A stretch of 64,000 bases of DNA, from positions 54,250,001 to 54,314,000 of the forward strand of contig NC_059430.1 of NCBI RefSeq assembly GCF_021028975.2. The letters run 5' to 3'. Below the pieces are notes generated by a model, which saw nothing but the letters and a program-made list of their open reading frames with translations, did not search any database and was not told where the DNA came from. The translations under genes were made by a program, and so were the position numbers. Position 1 is the first letter of the stretch. The number at the start of each line of letters is the position of its first letter. This document shows positions 12,002 through 25,384 of the stretch, in pieces. This DNA comes from Sphaerodactylus townsendi. Lineage: Eukaryota.

Positions 12002-12340
12002 TGTTAATTTATAAAATACATTACTATAAAAAGTGTTAGTACATACAGAGCAACATAGATTTAAAATATTCTCTATTTCAGGAAGCCGCAAATTGAGAGA
12101 CAGCTGAGAAAACAGGCATTGTCGTGAGAAAGCCAAGAGGCACTATCAGAAGTCCTCTGAGGTGTTACTTTAGTTCCCAACATTGATGGGAGCTCACCCC
12201 ACCATCCTTGGTTGCTGGAGATCACCTTAATAACTAAACAGGGTAGCATAGGCTTCCCTTTTCTGTAACCATCCTTGGCACTGGGGAAGGGCACTTGCTA
12301 GGATTGCCTCAGCTGACATACTAGCAGAGTCCCAAGGATG

Positions 12341-12627
12341 TGTAAGGAATTCCATAGACGCAGAAATAAAAGGCTTTGGTAATGAAAGTCCATTTATTAA
12401 GACATCTTAGAAAGCTCAAGTACACGCAGTGGCAGGAATGACACTTCCCGCCAGAAGCACAGGTTATAATACCATTCACCCCATCCCCCCTTCCTGATTC
12501 CCATGGGAACGAGACTTCTACTTCCGCCGCTAAAGATAAAGTCTCCGGCCGGCGCATCTGCCCATCACCGTGGCTGTGGAATGCACTCAAGGTTACTTCA
12601 CCATCAACACTCATTGAATCCTTTACA
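12341..12627 (-). repeat. 3' LTR of the Gypsy element
   Basis: Direct repeat of 18054-18344; TATTATAA and AATAAA on the minus strand; purine-rich stretch just upstream. Confidence 0.95.
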
Positions 12628-15600
12628 CTTCAGTTTCCTAAAGAAGACCCTTCCCCAGGTTTCCATATGAAAGGCGCCGTGGAAAGCAGAAATAAGGGTG
12701 GGGGTTTAATGTTTTCGAATAAACCCATTGATTATACCCAGGAATATTCCACCTAAGAAACTAAATATTGCAAGCGTTTACATTAAAGCCAGAGTCCAGG
12801 ATAGCCACTGTGAGTGCCGGTGGCCATCAATAATAAAGGTCGGAGGGGCCTCCGGTCGGGTACAGGCATCGGAAGCCGGTTTGAGCAAGCTGGAATGGAA
12901 GACAGGATGATGTTACTAAGAGAGTTAGTAAATCTGCCGGCAGGACATCATTAATCACTTTTAGTAATTTCCAGTGTCCCACAAATCTCTTGCCAAGTTT
13001 TGGAAGATTTATGCACGCCTCTGAGATTTTGTAGATAATACACCCAGGAGCCCACACGCAGAGGGAAATCTGAGCGTGTTTATCCGCTTGCGCAGTTTTT
13101 TGGGAGTCCTTGTTTGCTAAGCATGGTTCGACCGACTTCCATCCTCGCCAGGGATGAAATCCATTGTTGGACTCTAGTCCAACGCTGCTGCGGGTAGTTG
13201 TATGTAACGGCGAAGCCGGCTTTTAACAGACACAATTTCAAAGGGGTTTTCTTTGTACTACTATGAACCGCGACATTAGAAGGCGACTCGCGAACGAATA
13301 AGCTCGCGACCAATTGTCTTGGTGGTAGTTAAAAAATAACGAAATACTCGCTCTTTAGGTTCTGTTCTGCTTCCGCCTTCGCCACTTTGAACGGTAGGGG
13401 CGGCGATGCCGGGCTGCTCCCAACAATCCCAAAAAAACGCTTCCAGAACTTCTTTGAGATGAATTGGGGTCAGCGGTCGAGACCACCTTAACGGGCGAAT
13501 GGAGACGGTAAACATGTTGAATAAACAGCCGTGGCTAACTTAGGAGCAGAGGATGGAAGCACATGGAACAAAATGGGCTTGCTTAGAGAATAAGTCTACC
13601 ACCACCCATAAAACCACCGTTGCCATGACTTCGCAAATCTGTAATGAAATCCATGGAGATAATTTCCAAGGGCTGGAAGCTACCGAGAGGTTCTTCAAAT
13701 ATCCATGGGCTTCCCCGGATGGTTTTGGCTTCAACAAACCGAAGCAGCCTTTAATGCTCAATGTTCTTTGTTATCATACGCCAATACCAGAACTGCCGGG
13801 CGTGCTGCGTGCAGAGTTTTCTGTGCCAAAATGTTCCAGCCGGTTCGGCACGGGCAAGAACTCTTGGCGGAGGGGGGGAGGCACGCATCAAGATTCCCTC
13901 CGCCAACCTCCATTCTCCAAACGAATTGGGAGTCCCTTCAGCCGCTAGTTTCATGCAGCCCGCCTCCACCTCGCAGGAAAGCGAGAGACGAATCGGGGAA
14001 CGGGGTGGAGGAGGCTGACGCTTTGAGATCGGTGACAGCCAACCCCAACTGGGAGTAGAAAGAACGGTATGCGGAATGTCTGTTGCAGCTCCACCCTCGG
14101 TATGAGCCAGCCAGTTTGTTGGTTTTCCCAGGAAAAAAATGGACTGTAAAATGAGAAACGAAAGAAATCGCCCAACTAGTTGTTTTATGGACATCTTGAG
14201 GGGGGGTGGAAAGAGCCGCCAGGTTTTTATGATCCTAATTAAACTTGAAAGGAGGTTTAGCCCCCCAGCCAGTGGCTTCAAGTGAGAGTGCTGCTTTGAT
14301 GGCTTCGAAGTCTCCTTGTCTCCCACAGTCCAGTTGAGTTCGGCACCAGAGAATTTTAGATAAATAAGCACACGGAACCGCCTACCATCTTTATTTTTCT
14401 GCAACAGGCTGCCCCGAAAGTGTTTTGTCCTAGGCGCCCACGGAACTACAAACGGGAGATCTGGTCAAGTGCTTTAGGATAGGTTCCGGTGGTAAACGAG
14501 ATTTTAATAGTTGAAAGGCTGTTTGACATTCCTCAGACCAGAGAAGGGGGGCCCCGCCATGGACAGTGAATCTTTACCCTTAGTGCTTAAGAGAGGCCCG
14601 TGAGGAGAGCTCAGTTCAGCAAATTGGGGTATAAAATCAATGCGATAGAAATTAGCAAAACCAAGAAACGAATTGAGTTCTTTATGGGTTATGGGGCAGG
14701 CCATTGAGGATCGCACCAATTTTAGCAGGATCCATTTTAAGCCTCGGCGAACTGTAACCCAAATAGTCAATGGAGGTCTGATGAAACAGCATTTGGAGAG
14801 TCATAGCAGAGTTGTCAAGCAAGCGCTTCAATACCTCTCGACCAACATTTCATGCTCTTCTATAGTTTACAGTAAATTAAAACGCCATCTAAATATACAA
14901 CAACCCTTTGTACAAAAACTGCTGAGGTCCTCGATAAGGGCCATGAAAGTCTGGCCCCACTTAACCCAATGGCATTATTAAATATTCAAACTGTCCAAAC
15001 TTTGTATTAAACGAGTCAGGTGTCATATCCTTCAGCAATTCTGACTCTGTAGTAAGCTTCTCAAGCTCCATCGAGTAAAATGCCCTTGCCGAAAGTGCAT
15101 CTAAAGGTCCTTGATCAAAGGCAAGCGCATATTTATTGGACAGGGAGACCGACAGACCTCGACACCAGTAAAGCCAGAAGACTCCATCTTTCTTTGACAA
15201 ACAAACGGGAGTGCTGTGTGGGTGGTGAGTCACCGTGATGAAACCGCTGAAAGCAAGCGTTCTTGGTTCCGCGGCAAAGCTAACGGTTCCTTCTCCTCAT
15301 TGGGACTCATGCGCCACTCCTTGGGCAGTTGCTCTGGTTGTATGATACCTTACAGTCAGTGTCTCTGTGGTGGCACCAACGTGATTCCTGCTCCTGAAAA
15401 CCCTAAGGATCCTGATATGCGTGGGATGTCATTGTAACCGAGCAATCACTGAGGAAGCCAGAGAGGGGAGTGGGAGGAGACGGATTTCTTCCCAATTCAT
15501 GTGTTCACCGCAGGAGGGTCAGTGAATTTCAGGATCCTTTTCCAAATGAATTTTGGTTCTCAACAACAACCAAGGCATGCCCAAACTATGAGTAAGACAC

Positions 15601-18053
15601 TGGCGCTTAAAATGAAACTAATTTTTCTCCCAATGGTCGCTGAACGGAGGAACCGCCAGTGTTTTGAATTCGGCCGGTCCTTCGCTTCCTCGAGGGGGCT
15701 TTTGCCCATTTGCAGGAATGGTATGGGCTTAGCCAGGGAATTCGGCCCAGACTCCAGCTCCTTCTGCCACCTGGGGTCAAAGATTAAGCAGTGGGAGCAG
15801 CCTTTGCAACCACAAGGGCCGAAGGTATGCCAGCCGGGTTACAGAAATGCTTGAACAGTAATGGAGCGCTGCCTTCACTCACCGCCGCCAGAGTCGCCCA
15901 TGTCCATGGGGCTGAAGAAAGACAGACAGCTGCTTCCCTCCTTCTGGTCGCCGTCACCGCTTAGACGAGCCAGTGGGAGGTGGCGCCCTGACTCCGCGTG
16001 GTGGTTTCGCGACGAGTACGCTGGAGCTGGAGAGCTAAATTGGTTTGCTTGGGACAGCTATGCTAGGGATGACCTGGCCCTCCGCAGTAAAGACATCAAC
16101 CTGTCGGGCGACGGGCGCTCAGAGGTGGTTTTTCCTGCATGCTGGGTTTCGACTCTGCGGACACGTAGTGGTTTCGGCTGGTGGCTGCCTCCCTTTGACG
16201 AAGCGAGATTCCAAACGACGCCTACTTGAGACCCCAACTGATCCACCTGCAATGGTGCTCGGTAACCCCGGATTAAAACACAGTTTCATCGAGCTTGCTA
16301 TCCACAGCATCCCAGAAGTATTCGTGATCTCATGCTCAGGCCACAGGAGGAAGCTCCAGCAGCCGCCGCATCTAAATTCCCTCGACAATTCTGCAAACGG
16401 GCGGTTGCCTTTGCCGGATGGTTTTGATGGTGCGGATAGCTTCATTCTCGGGCGCCTGGATTCTTTGAAAAGCGCCTTCAAAGCTTGGAGGAATGCGGCA
16501 CTGTGCGGCGAAAGTCCTCATCCTGCAAATCCAAACAGTCACTTAACCAGTCGGCTGCCGCTTCCCATTCAGGACTGGAGCCGAAGGTTCCGTGATTTTT
16601 TCGGGCGCTCAGACCGGTAGAGATCATCAAGTAGTCTTCCCAAGTGGGCATTGAGTTGCAAGATGAAGTAGGGAAGTTTGAAGCGTCCCATCAAAACGCT
16701 GGTATCGGGGTCGAAGTAGCCCCGCTCGACGCTCTTGGCACCTGCTGGGGAGGTATTGGCGCTTGGCTGAGCAGGTTGGGCAGGCTGCTGTTGTACAGGG
16801 TTGAATCGGGCGCTGGCGGTGCCGCTGGCATTTGGGTGGCAGGACCCGCACGTATTCCCCTGGCACCGCATGGTCAGTAACAGCATAGTTCCAACTTTGC
16901 GCCCTCTGGTCTGCTGCCTCCTAGTTCCTCTCCAAAGCAGCCAGCTCCCTCCTTCTTGCAGCCAATGCATCTTGGTGCGATGCAAAGCAGCTTTTTCTCG
17001 CCTCTAATTCTAAGCAGTTCGTCTCCGCTTTTAAGCGGGCTTCTGCGAGTTCACTTCGCGCAAGAGAGCCCAGAACGCTACATTCGCGTCGCTGTCATAA
17101 ATCCAGTCTGGACTGTTCCAGGACTTTATCATCATGGACTGACAGATTCTGGCAGCGTATTGCCGCTGGAGCTGCAGTTTGAAGCACGGGTCCGATAACT
17201 CGAGCTGGACTTTTTTTTTGCGTTGCTGTTCCCGTCCTCTGCAGGTTTTCGCGCTTCCAGTTTGCTGCAACTGTGCCCTGCTCCTCCTCCCATAGTTGGC
17301 GCTCACGGTTCCATGCCGCTGGCATCTCGGTGCCGCCTCTACTTCCTCATCCCGCAGTCTTCTCGAGCGGGAGAGGAAACCGTCCGTTGGGAATGCAGGC
17401 TTTCTTTCAGACTCTTCATTATCAGGAAGCGAAGCCCTCGGAGATTACCGTGAGCTGCCAGAAGTTACCGGGTGGCTCCTCGAGGTACCCTTGTAGGTGC
17501 GGCCGGACCGATGGGGTCCCATTGGGAAGCCGGTAATGGATACCCTCCTTCAATTCCAGGTTGAGTCCCGGTGTCCTTGACGGGCCCCAGTAAGCAGCCA
17601 TGTTCCTTGGGGAGCATCACCAAAATAACAGAGTCCAGGAATCGCCTACACGGGATTCCTGGGTTGCCGCGATGAAAGGTGGTCGCTCCTCGCCTCTCCA
17701 TGGCATAAAGCTGCATCTTGAGGTTTGTAATCCACACGGTGATCTGGTAGAGATCTCGCCCACAGGCGCCGCATCCATGGATTAGCGCCCCAAACGACTC
17801 ATGGAAGTCCCTATCGCCGTTGCCACGCCCCTCGCTCCTAACGGAGTAAAGGAAGACTCGCGGCTGGATGACGAGGACGGAAAGAGCCACTCAGCTGCAG
17901 GCCCGCCTCTCCCGCCGGTTTCCAGAGATCCAGAAGGGAAAGGTCAAGCCCTTTGGGGCTACCGCACCTTCCTCGCAGTAACATCTCAACCTCCATCGCA
18001 AGACAAGAGGTCCACTGCACAAGAATATAGATGAATTAGCATTCCTGCCACAA

Positions 18054-18344
18054 TCTAAGGAATTCCATAGACGCAGAAATAAAAGGCTTTGGCAATGAAA
18101 GTCCATTTATTAAGACATCTTAGAAAGCTCAAGTACACGCAGTGGCAGGAATTCCACTTCCTGGCAGAAGCACAGGTTATAATACCATTCACCCTAATCT
18201 CCCTTTCCTGATTCCTTATGGGGAACGGAGATCCCCATCTCCGCACAAGAAAGATAAAGTCTCCGCCGATGCATCTGGCCCATCGCCCGGGCTGTGGAAT
18301 GCACTCAAGGTTACTTCACCATCAACACCATTGAATCCTTTACA
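18054..18344 (-). repeat. 5' LTR of the Gypsy element
   Basis: Direct repeat of 12341-12627. Confidence 0.95.
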
Positions 18345-19877
18345 GGATGCTTGGAAAGGTGTGAGGACTATCCCAAACCCTTGCAGGTGTCCCTGGAGGT
18401 GCAAGAGCTTGCTGACTAGGACTGTTCCACCTGGCATGTGTTCAGAGTTCCAGAGATGGGTAGAAAGGGGGAAAACTTGTTTTTAGCTTGCCTGAGAAGG
18501 TTGCAAAGGTAATTTGAATCATCCCACCCACAATAAAACTATGATTTTATTTCAAGGCCCCAGTTGTATAGTTGTATTTGCTTTGTCTGGAGTGCTGTTT
18601 AATTTTTTCTTATGACCTGGGGGATACTGCAAAAATGATGTATACTTAGTGGTCAGTAGTGGATTAAAAGTTAACCATTGTCCTAATCAAGCTGTATAAT
18701 TAAATCATTTGCATTGGAGTGGTAGGCCTTCTAGTGTGTTTAAGGGGTGAGGTATTAGAGGGTCATTATCAGCTGTAAATTACATGCTTTCTTCCTGTCT
18801 GTATTGGATGAAAACCAGGAATGGGAAATCTCACCATCCTCGTGTGACCTAAATAGCATCAAATTATTAGGAACATGGAGTGCCTTATGTCTAATAAATA
18901 AGTATTGCCATATGTCTAATAAAACTATGATATATACAGTAATTACAGTTGTTTAAGCTGTAATTATTAAATACTAAAGAAACTACAGATAATTGAGGCT
19001 GCAGACTGATCATTTACCTAGGAATGAGCCACACTACATAAGGTAAGACTTACTGTTGAGTAAACTTTCATAGCATTGCCCTGTAATGATGCATTGTGAT
19101 ACAGCTGAAATCTGTTTATTTCATCATTCTTAGATTAGTAACTGCATAAGATTGTGTTGCCAATAATCCTATTTTCCTGTATTGTGTTATTCATTGATAT
19201 TAAAACAAGAAATCCGTAATTACATAGCACAAAACCTGTCTATGTTTATCCGTTACAGTTTAAGAGATCTAATGATTGAAAATAGGAAAAAAGTTTTTTG
19301 TGTGTGTATTGGTACAGAAAGGGGGATTGTAGTAAACTAGAAGACCGAGAAAGGAATCTTACATATTTTCATACTCAAAGCACATGTGATGGAAATGGAC
19401 CTGTTCAAATCTGATGCACGCACACACCTCTCAGCAGCTTACCTCAAATCAGGCACCTGCTCAAACTCCATTCTTTCATTTGGGTATCAGTTCTGCCTAT
19501 TACATTTTTATTTCATGTATGTAGTGCCATACTGGAAGTATGCTCACCTGAGAGAGAAGTGCTTGGCAGAAGAATGAACAATCTATGGGAAGGTGTATGC
19601 ATGCGTGAAGTTCTTCTTTTTCCATCACTGCAACATGAATAATTTTCACTTTGATTTTGACTTGGTGGGTTGTTAGAACAATTTGCACTATGTAGCACTT
19701 TTTCTGTCTCAAAGGGGCTTTTCCACATAGGGCTTTTTGTTAGTTTTGGCCCCATATTATTCAGTTTAGACTGATTTCTGGGTGTATTTTTGTGCCTTTA
19801 ATTTCAATTCATTTTTTCCCCTAGTTTTTTTTCACAGCTCTTTTGAGATCATTTAAAAAAACTGATGTCTGAATTAT

Positions 19878-20018
19878 GGGGTTTTCAAGGAATGAGACAT
19901 TCAGAGGTAGTTTACCATTGCCTATCTCCACATCACAGCCCTAATATTGCCTGGAAGACTCCTACCCAGGTACTTGCTTCACTTCTGAGCTCTGATGAGA
20001 TCAGACTAGCCTGGGCTA
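19878..20018 (-). mobile_element. 5S rRNA-headed SINE with Sauria/RTE-type tail
   Basis: Reverse complement starts tagcccaggctagtctgatctcatcagagctcagaagtgaagca (5S-like), followed by the ggcaatggtaaactacctctg tail. Confidence 0.7.
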
Positions 20019-21799
20019 ATACCCAGTGTTTTTCTGCAAGCTGATTTTTAGTTGGCTAGTGCATGTTTCTGTTTTTTTTCTTTGTCCCTCCTACATCCAG
20101 CCCACTTTTCAATGGCTGCACTGTGATATTGTGAAACTACTCTTCCAAGACAAGTGATTACATTTTTAAAGGCCCCAAAATAGTGATATAACGCAATAGT
20201 CTTGCAGTGATAGGTTAAGCAGGTTCTCTGAATCCACAGCTTTCATTTAAAAAGAACCCTGTTAACCCCTTTCTTCATGTCTAAGGGTAATAGCTAGAGA
20301 CTTAAATCTGCATTATTTTAACCCACCTTTGGAGAAAAAAATAAACTGAATCCACAACTGTAATAAATGCACAGGGAACATGCAGAACCACCGAAGGTTA
20401 GATGAAGTGAAACTTAATAATATTACTAGAAGTGGATTTATTGGATTCTTGTTTTTCTTGGGGTCAAAATGAATATTTAGTGCATTTAGGTCATTTCCAG
20501 TTGCTTTGGTGCATTGTTCTGCATCTTGTCCTGCTTTTTTCTCATAGAAATTTTAAATAAATGACAAGTGCTCTTTTCTTTCTCTTTTAAATTTGGAAAA
20601 TGATGTAACTTTTAGTGTAAAAACAATTTTTTTACATAAGCACATGGAGGTTAGAAAGAGAGCAGAATGATTTATAACCAAGAGAAAGAATTTCCCCCCA
20701 AGTTGACCACTACTTTTTCTCTAGAATGGTTTGTTTAAATAGCAGTTTGCTAAAACCTGTATTTTAAAGTAAACTTGAAATTCAGATTGTAGCAGTGAAG
20801 TGTCTTTCCTTTTAGACATATTTATCTTTCAAGTATGAAGCTAAATAGTGCTTTAAAGGACTACTTATAACTTATTATTTCAGTTGGGACTGTTTATTTA
20901 AACAAAAGCATACTCTAGCTGTAGTCACTTGTAAAGAATGCAAAGAGCAAATTACTTAGTCTGGGGACTTTTTACACAGACTCAGTTTAATGACGTTTTA
21001 TGGCCAGTGTGTTCAACTTTGTGGGATATTGTTTTCTTTCCTAGCTTTAATGTTGAAGAATTAGTCAATCATAATGTCTTTTGTATTAAATTGAAATGTG
21101 CAAATGAAACACAGCCATATTTCATATGTGCTTATAGTTGTAAAACTTTCTGAACCAGGTATTAATAGCCCTGATCAATCTTGAGTCTTTTCTATATAAA
21201 TGCTGTTAAAAAAGTAAATTGTAAGATACTTTACAGGTTTGTTCTCTTCCCACAAGAACACTTCTCCTAACAGTATCCCAAGTATTCAAGGACAATACTA
21301 TAGCAACATATTAAGATTTGTTTAAACTGCAGAGCTGCAGATACCAAGTAAAACCATTTTTAGTATTAGCCATTAAAAAGCATCAATAATCAACTACCAC
21401 CTTTTGTCCCACTATGGCTACAGGCTATACTTCAAACCTTGTCAGTATGTGTGTAAGAAGATCCGGAACTTTAAAGTTACTCTTGATTAATTTTATGGAT
21501 AATCAAATGTAAATTGTTTTAACATTTTCCTTCTCCCTACCTACATTGATCCATGTAGGTAGTTTTATTCTATTTTTATTTTATTTAAATTTATTTATAT
21601 GCCAATAAAAGGTGTTATGTTGTTGTTGTGTGTAAAATGCCATCAAGTTGAAGCCGACTTATGGCTGCCCAGTAGGATTTTCAGAGATAGAATTTCTATA
21701 GACTATGTAATTATTATTATGTTGGAAGTTCAGTCACAGATTTCCAAATTGTTTACTTGTTCAATTTCATGTCCCTTAATTTTCCAACAGTGGCTTCTC

Positions 21800-22240
21800 C
21801 AAGTTTCGGGGAACAATTAAATAGAATCTTCCTAAAATTTATATATAGTAGATTAGAGTTGCCATAGTTCAAACGTAGACAGCAAACATCTTAAGATCTT
21901 CTATGATAGTGATACTACCACAGAATCATCAGCCAAAAATAATAAGGGGATAGAAGAAGGGCCATCTACTAGTCTTACAGTTGGTGAAAGTTCATTTATT
22001 AAAAAATTGAAAATATAGGGGGCCAATACACATCCCCGTTTCACACTTTGATAGTGTAGGAATATCTCAAGTACATTCACCTTGAGGGTCATATCAAATT
22101 TGCGGCTGCTGGAGAAATGTCTCTTTATCAATAGAGGCCTTATTCAGTTTCTCCCATTGAAGTTTTCTTGGAATAGAGTTGAAAGCACCCTTCAAGTCAA
22201 GGAAAGAATTTTATTCAATTAAAAGAGGATTGTGCAACGT
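21800..22240 (-). mobile_element. Old non-LTR RT fragment (RTE-X-like)
   Basis: VKRGCVLAPYIFNFLINEL...IPLLFLADDSVVVS and FLDLKGAFNSIPR motifs. Confidence 0.75.
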
Positions 22241-22266
22241 GAGGCAAGAGGGGTGGGGTAGCTTGG

Positions 22267-23217
22267 TAGAAGAAGAAGAGAAGAAGTTTGGATTTCATTA
22301 GAAGAAGAAGAAGAGTTTGGATTTATATCCCCCCTTTCTCTCCTGCAGAAGACTTAAAGGGGCTTACAATCTTCTTGCCCTTCCCCCCCTCACAACAAAC
22401 ACCCTGGCCCTTTCCCAAGACGTGGCGGCACTTATGGAGCTCTGGGAACGGGCAAGTAAAACGCCATCCCCAGGAGCTGAGCCATTCTCAGACATGACAG
22501 GTGCGAAAGCTGCTGTGCAGCCGCCGGGCCAGTTCCCTTGGCCGCTTCGATCCTGCGCTGGCCGGGTGCATTTCCCAAACTCCTCGCTGCAAAGTGAGAG
22601 GGTTTACAGGAAACGCCGGGCTTCTCTCAAGGCTTCTCTCTCTCCCCACTCTGCGACTCCTCACCAGTTCCTGTTCGGTTCATACTGGCTGTCGCTGAGG
22701 TTTTTTTCCGCTGGGGACATGCCCCCTTTGTCCCCGCGACTCCTAGAGGAAGTCATGCAGGGCAGGGGGCGTGGTCCCTCTGGCCTCTAACGACGCGTCG
22801 GAGTTTAGGTCAGCAGGGACTGGTGAGGTTGAGCCTCCGATCGACGGGCGCAGTTTCCTGGCGCTTGTCATTCACCTGATTCTGGGACCGGGTCCATGCA
22901 AACGGTCCCAGAGGTGGGGCTCGTGGGTCGGGCGTGGGATTTACCGGACTACCAACCCCTTCCACCTCCTCGCGCAAGTGAAACAACCCCTCTCAGTGAG
23001 GTGGGTGGGGCTTCTGGTGAGAGTCTCCTCGAAGCTTGTGACGCCTCTGAGCCCAAGGGTCACCTGAAGCTGCAGGGCAATGTGTGGGAGTGCACAGGCT
23101 AATCTTTGAATTCCTCCAGATAAGTCTCCACAACTCAAGCAGCAGAGCTGGGAATCAAACCAGGTTCCTCCAGATCAGAGAGCACCTGCTCTTAGCCACT
23201 GCTCTTAGCCACTACTA
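22267..23217 (-). mobile_element. Squam3-type tRNA SINE split by a nested insertion
   Basis: (GAA)n tail at 22267-22313 and body gtttggatttatatccccc...cacaacaaacaccctg. It resumes at about 22997 (tgaggtgggtgggg); head with box A/B (tagtggctaag, ggtttgattccc) on the minus strand. Confidence 0.85.
22407..22996. mobile_element. ~590-bp GC/CpG-rich insertion within a SINE (solo-LTR-like or tyrosine-recombinase element repeat)
   Basis: Interrupts the SINE at accctg|tgagg; no TSD visible; CpG-rich. Confidence 0.55.
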
Positions 23218-23684
23218 AGCTTTATTTATGGACCCATAATCTATTTTTTTTTTATCATTACAGAGAATCTCAAGTTAGGATGAATAACGATCCAAGTTTC
23301 AGAGAAATTAAACAGAAATTTGCACAAGACAGTAATTTAAAAGCTGACTGTTTTCCTTTTCTGTACTAGAATTCTACAAAAAAGTGTTTAGGACGAGAAC
23401 ATTGTTGTTAAACAGCATGAAGTCAGTCAGAGAAAATCCTACATTTGAGTAAACAAATACAATTGAATTTTGCCAGGAACTGTCTCTATTTAAAATGTAA
23501 ATTTAGAAGATTTGATTAATTCATTCAGAGTAAACTTTTATCTGATACTCTTGAGTAATCATTTTGTCATGTTTAATCAAGAATTATGGTAGCAGATTCT
23601 ACGGCTTGGTAAGGCATTGGATGCTAAATTGAACATTTAGAATTTACAAGTGTATCTTATTAAGCATTGCTGTAGCACTGACTA

Positions 23685-23935
23685 CCGTGTTTCCCCGAAT
23701 ATAAGACAGTGTCTTATATTAATTTTTGCTCCCAAAGATGTGCCATGTCTTATTTTCAGGGGATGTCTTATTTTTCCCGGCAGTTCTGCCTCTCTGTCGG
23801 GCATGCTTCCAAACAAAAAACTTTGCTGAGCATGTCTTTACTTTTCGGGATGCTCCTTATATTTCAAGCGTCACTTCAGCAAAACCTCTACTATGTCTTA
23901 TTTTTCGGGGATGTCTTATATTAGGGGAAACAGGG
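23685..23935 (+). mobile_element. pogo/Tigger-type MITE
   Basis: TA-ccgtgtttcccc...ggggaaacaggg-TA; inverted copy at 35234-35453. Confidence 0.88.
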
Positions 23936-24655
23936 TACAACCAGTGGTAGAGGATTATGCTAAAAATTAGAGTGTGCGTGCATAAGTAAGTCTCAAGTCT
24001 TCTTTAACTTTAATTCTCAAACAGTAGTTTTTACATATTGATATCTTAGATGGCTTTGAAGACTTGCTAAGGAAGCTACATACTAGGCCTTATTATTTGG
24101 GGGAATCTATAGATTTATCCCATTTTATAGAATGGCAGAGTCTGTGGTTTGCCTGTGTGCGACACATTAATGGTACAGCTGTCCTTGTAACTTCCCTGAT
24201 TGCTGTGCTGGGGACTGCTTTGATTGCTAGTAGAAAGGAGCTGCCTCCATTTCTCAGAATGTCATATAGATGGCACCTATCCCTACATTCCAGCATTTCA
24301 ATGGCAACATGGGAATAAAACCAAATATGAGTCTTAATGGATTTTGAGCCAAAAAGTCAGACTCAGCTTGGTTTATAACTGGGATGCTGAATTGCTGGAT
24401 GTTGTAGATAGATTATAAATTTTAACTATTGGGGCTAAAATTTAAATGAGCTGGTGGAGGGGTGGGGAGCATTAGCTTTGGCAACTATAAATCTTGTACA
24501 GTAGATCTAGATTTTAGTGAATTGGAACTTATTCCTAATCACTGTGGCCATTGAACCCTTATAATATATTCCAAAATGCACTTTTCATAGGGTTTAGAAT
24601 TTAAACAGCAGTTGAGAGTTCAAATTTCAGTAATCCTTAAAACAACTCTGTCTTA

Positions 24656-24784
24656 GGCGGATTCCACATGGGCCAAAAACAGTGGTATGAAAACAGTGTG
24701 AAAATGGTGTAAAATGGTTTAAAACAGTGTAAAAGGGTTTACACCTTTTTCACACTGCTGTTTTTGGCCCATGAGGAGTCCGCC
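24656..24784. mobile_element. PIF/Harbinger-type palindromic MITE
   Basis: ggcggattccacatgggccaaaaacag...ctgtttttggcccatgaggagtccgcc with TTA TSD. Confidence 0.85.
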
Positions 24785-24859
24785 TTAGTGTAAGTATAGT
24801 CAGTATGTTAAACATAAGTTTGAGCTATCATTGTTAGCTGTTAAATATATTTTTTTAGT

Positions 24860-25130
24860 CAAATGCCTCTCAGTTTATACTAGCATTGCTAAGAGCATAT
24901 ACCTTGTATGCTAGTATATGGCATTCAAATCTGGTTTTTCAGTTCACTGAAATTACTTAACAAGCTTCAGATTTCCTGTTTTTTCCATAAAATTCTTGCC
25001 TTACTTCCATGTATTGCATCTTCAGTTGTTCTCTTGGAACTGGATCTTCCAAGAAATTCTATTTTAATTTGGAAAGCAAAAATCAATTTTAAATATAGGC
25101 TACTTAATGCTGAGAAGTGTGACTGAAGTA
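24860..25130 (+). mobile_element. Old non-LTR ORF2 C-terminal fragment (RTE-X-like)
   Basis: LVYGIQIW...LNKLQISCFFHKILALLPCIASSVVLLELDL resembles the post-RT LLYG..IW...LE.G region. Confidence 0.55.
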
Positions 25131-25384
25131 TTTCCATTTATCAATCCTGAACCTAGCTTTCAGCACTGAGTGATGGTTACTGTACAACCTCACCAAATGA
25201 GAATGGAATAGAAGACTTGTACTTTCATAGTGCCCAGTTTTTTTTCTTTTAGTGTTAAGAGTTATCCTGTCTTATGAGCAGAATGTATATCTTGTGGTGG
25301 GTTCATAGTTGCTAAGTAGCCCCTCCCAACTTCTTTTTAAAGCTATACAACCATCGGCTTTTACCCCTTCAGTTGCAACTTATG

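Larger units (their letters stand above)
12341..18344 (-). mobile_element. Full-length Gypsy/Ty3 chromovirus (sushi-like) LTR retrotransposon, antisense to PAWR
   Basis: LTRs 12341-12627 and 18054-18344, outer TG...CA ends, 5-bp TSD ggatg (12336-12340, 18345-18349). Minus-strand gag, protease, RT (FGQFEYLIMP, VVYLDGVLIY, FLGFANFYR), integrase (WVVVDLFSKQAHFVPC, KLGKRFVGHW) and C-terminal chromodomain remnants. Heavily frameshifted. Confidence 0.96.
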
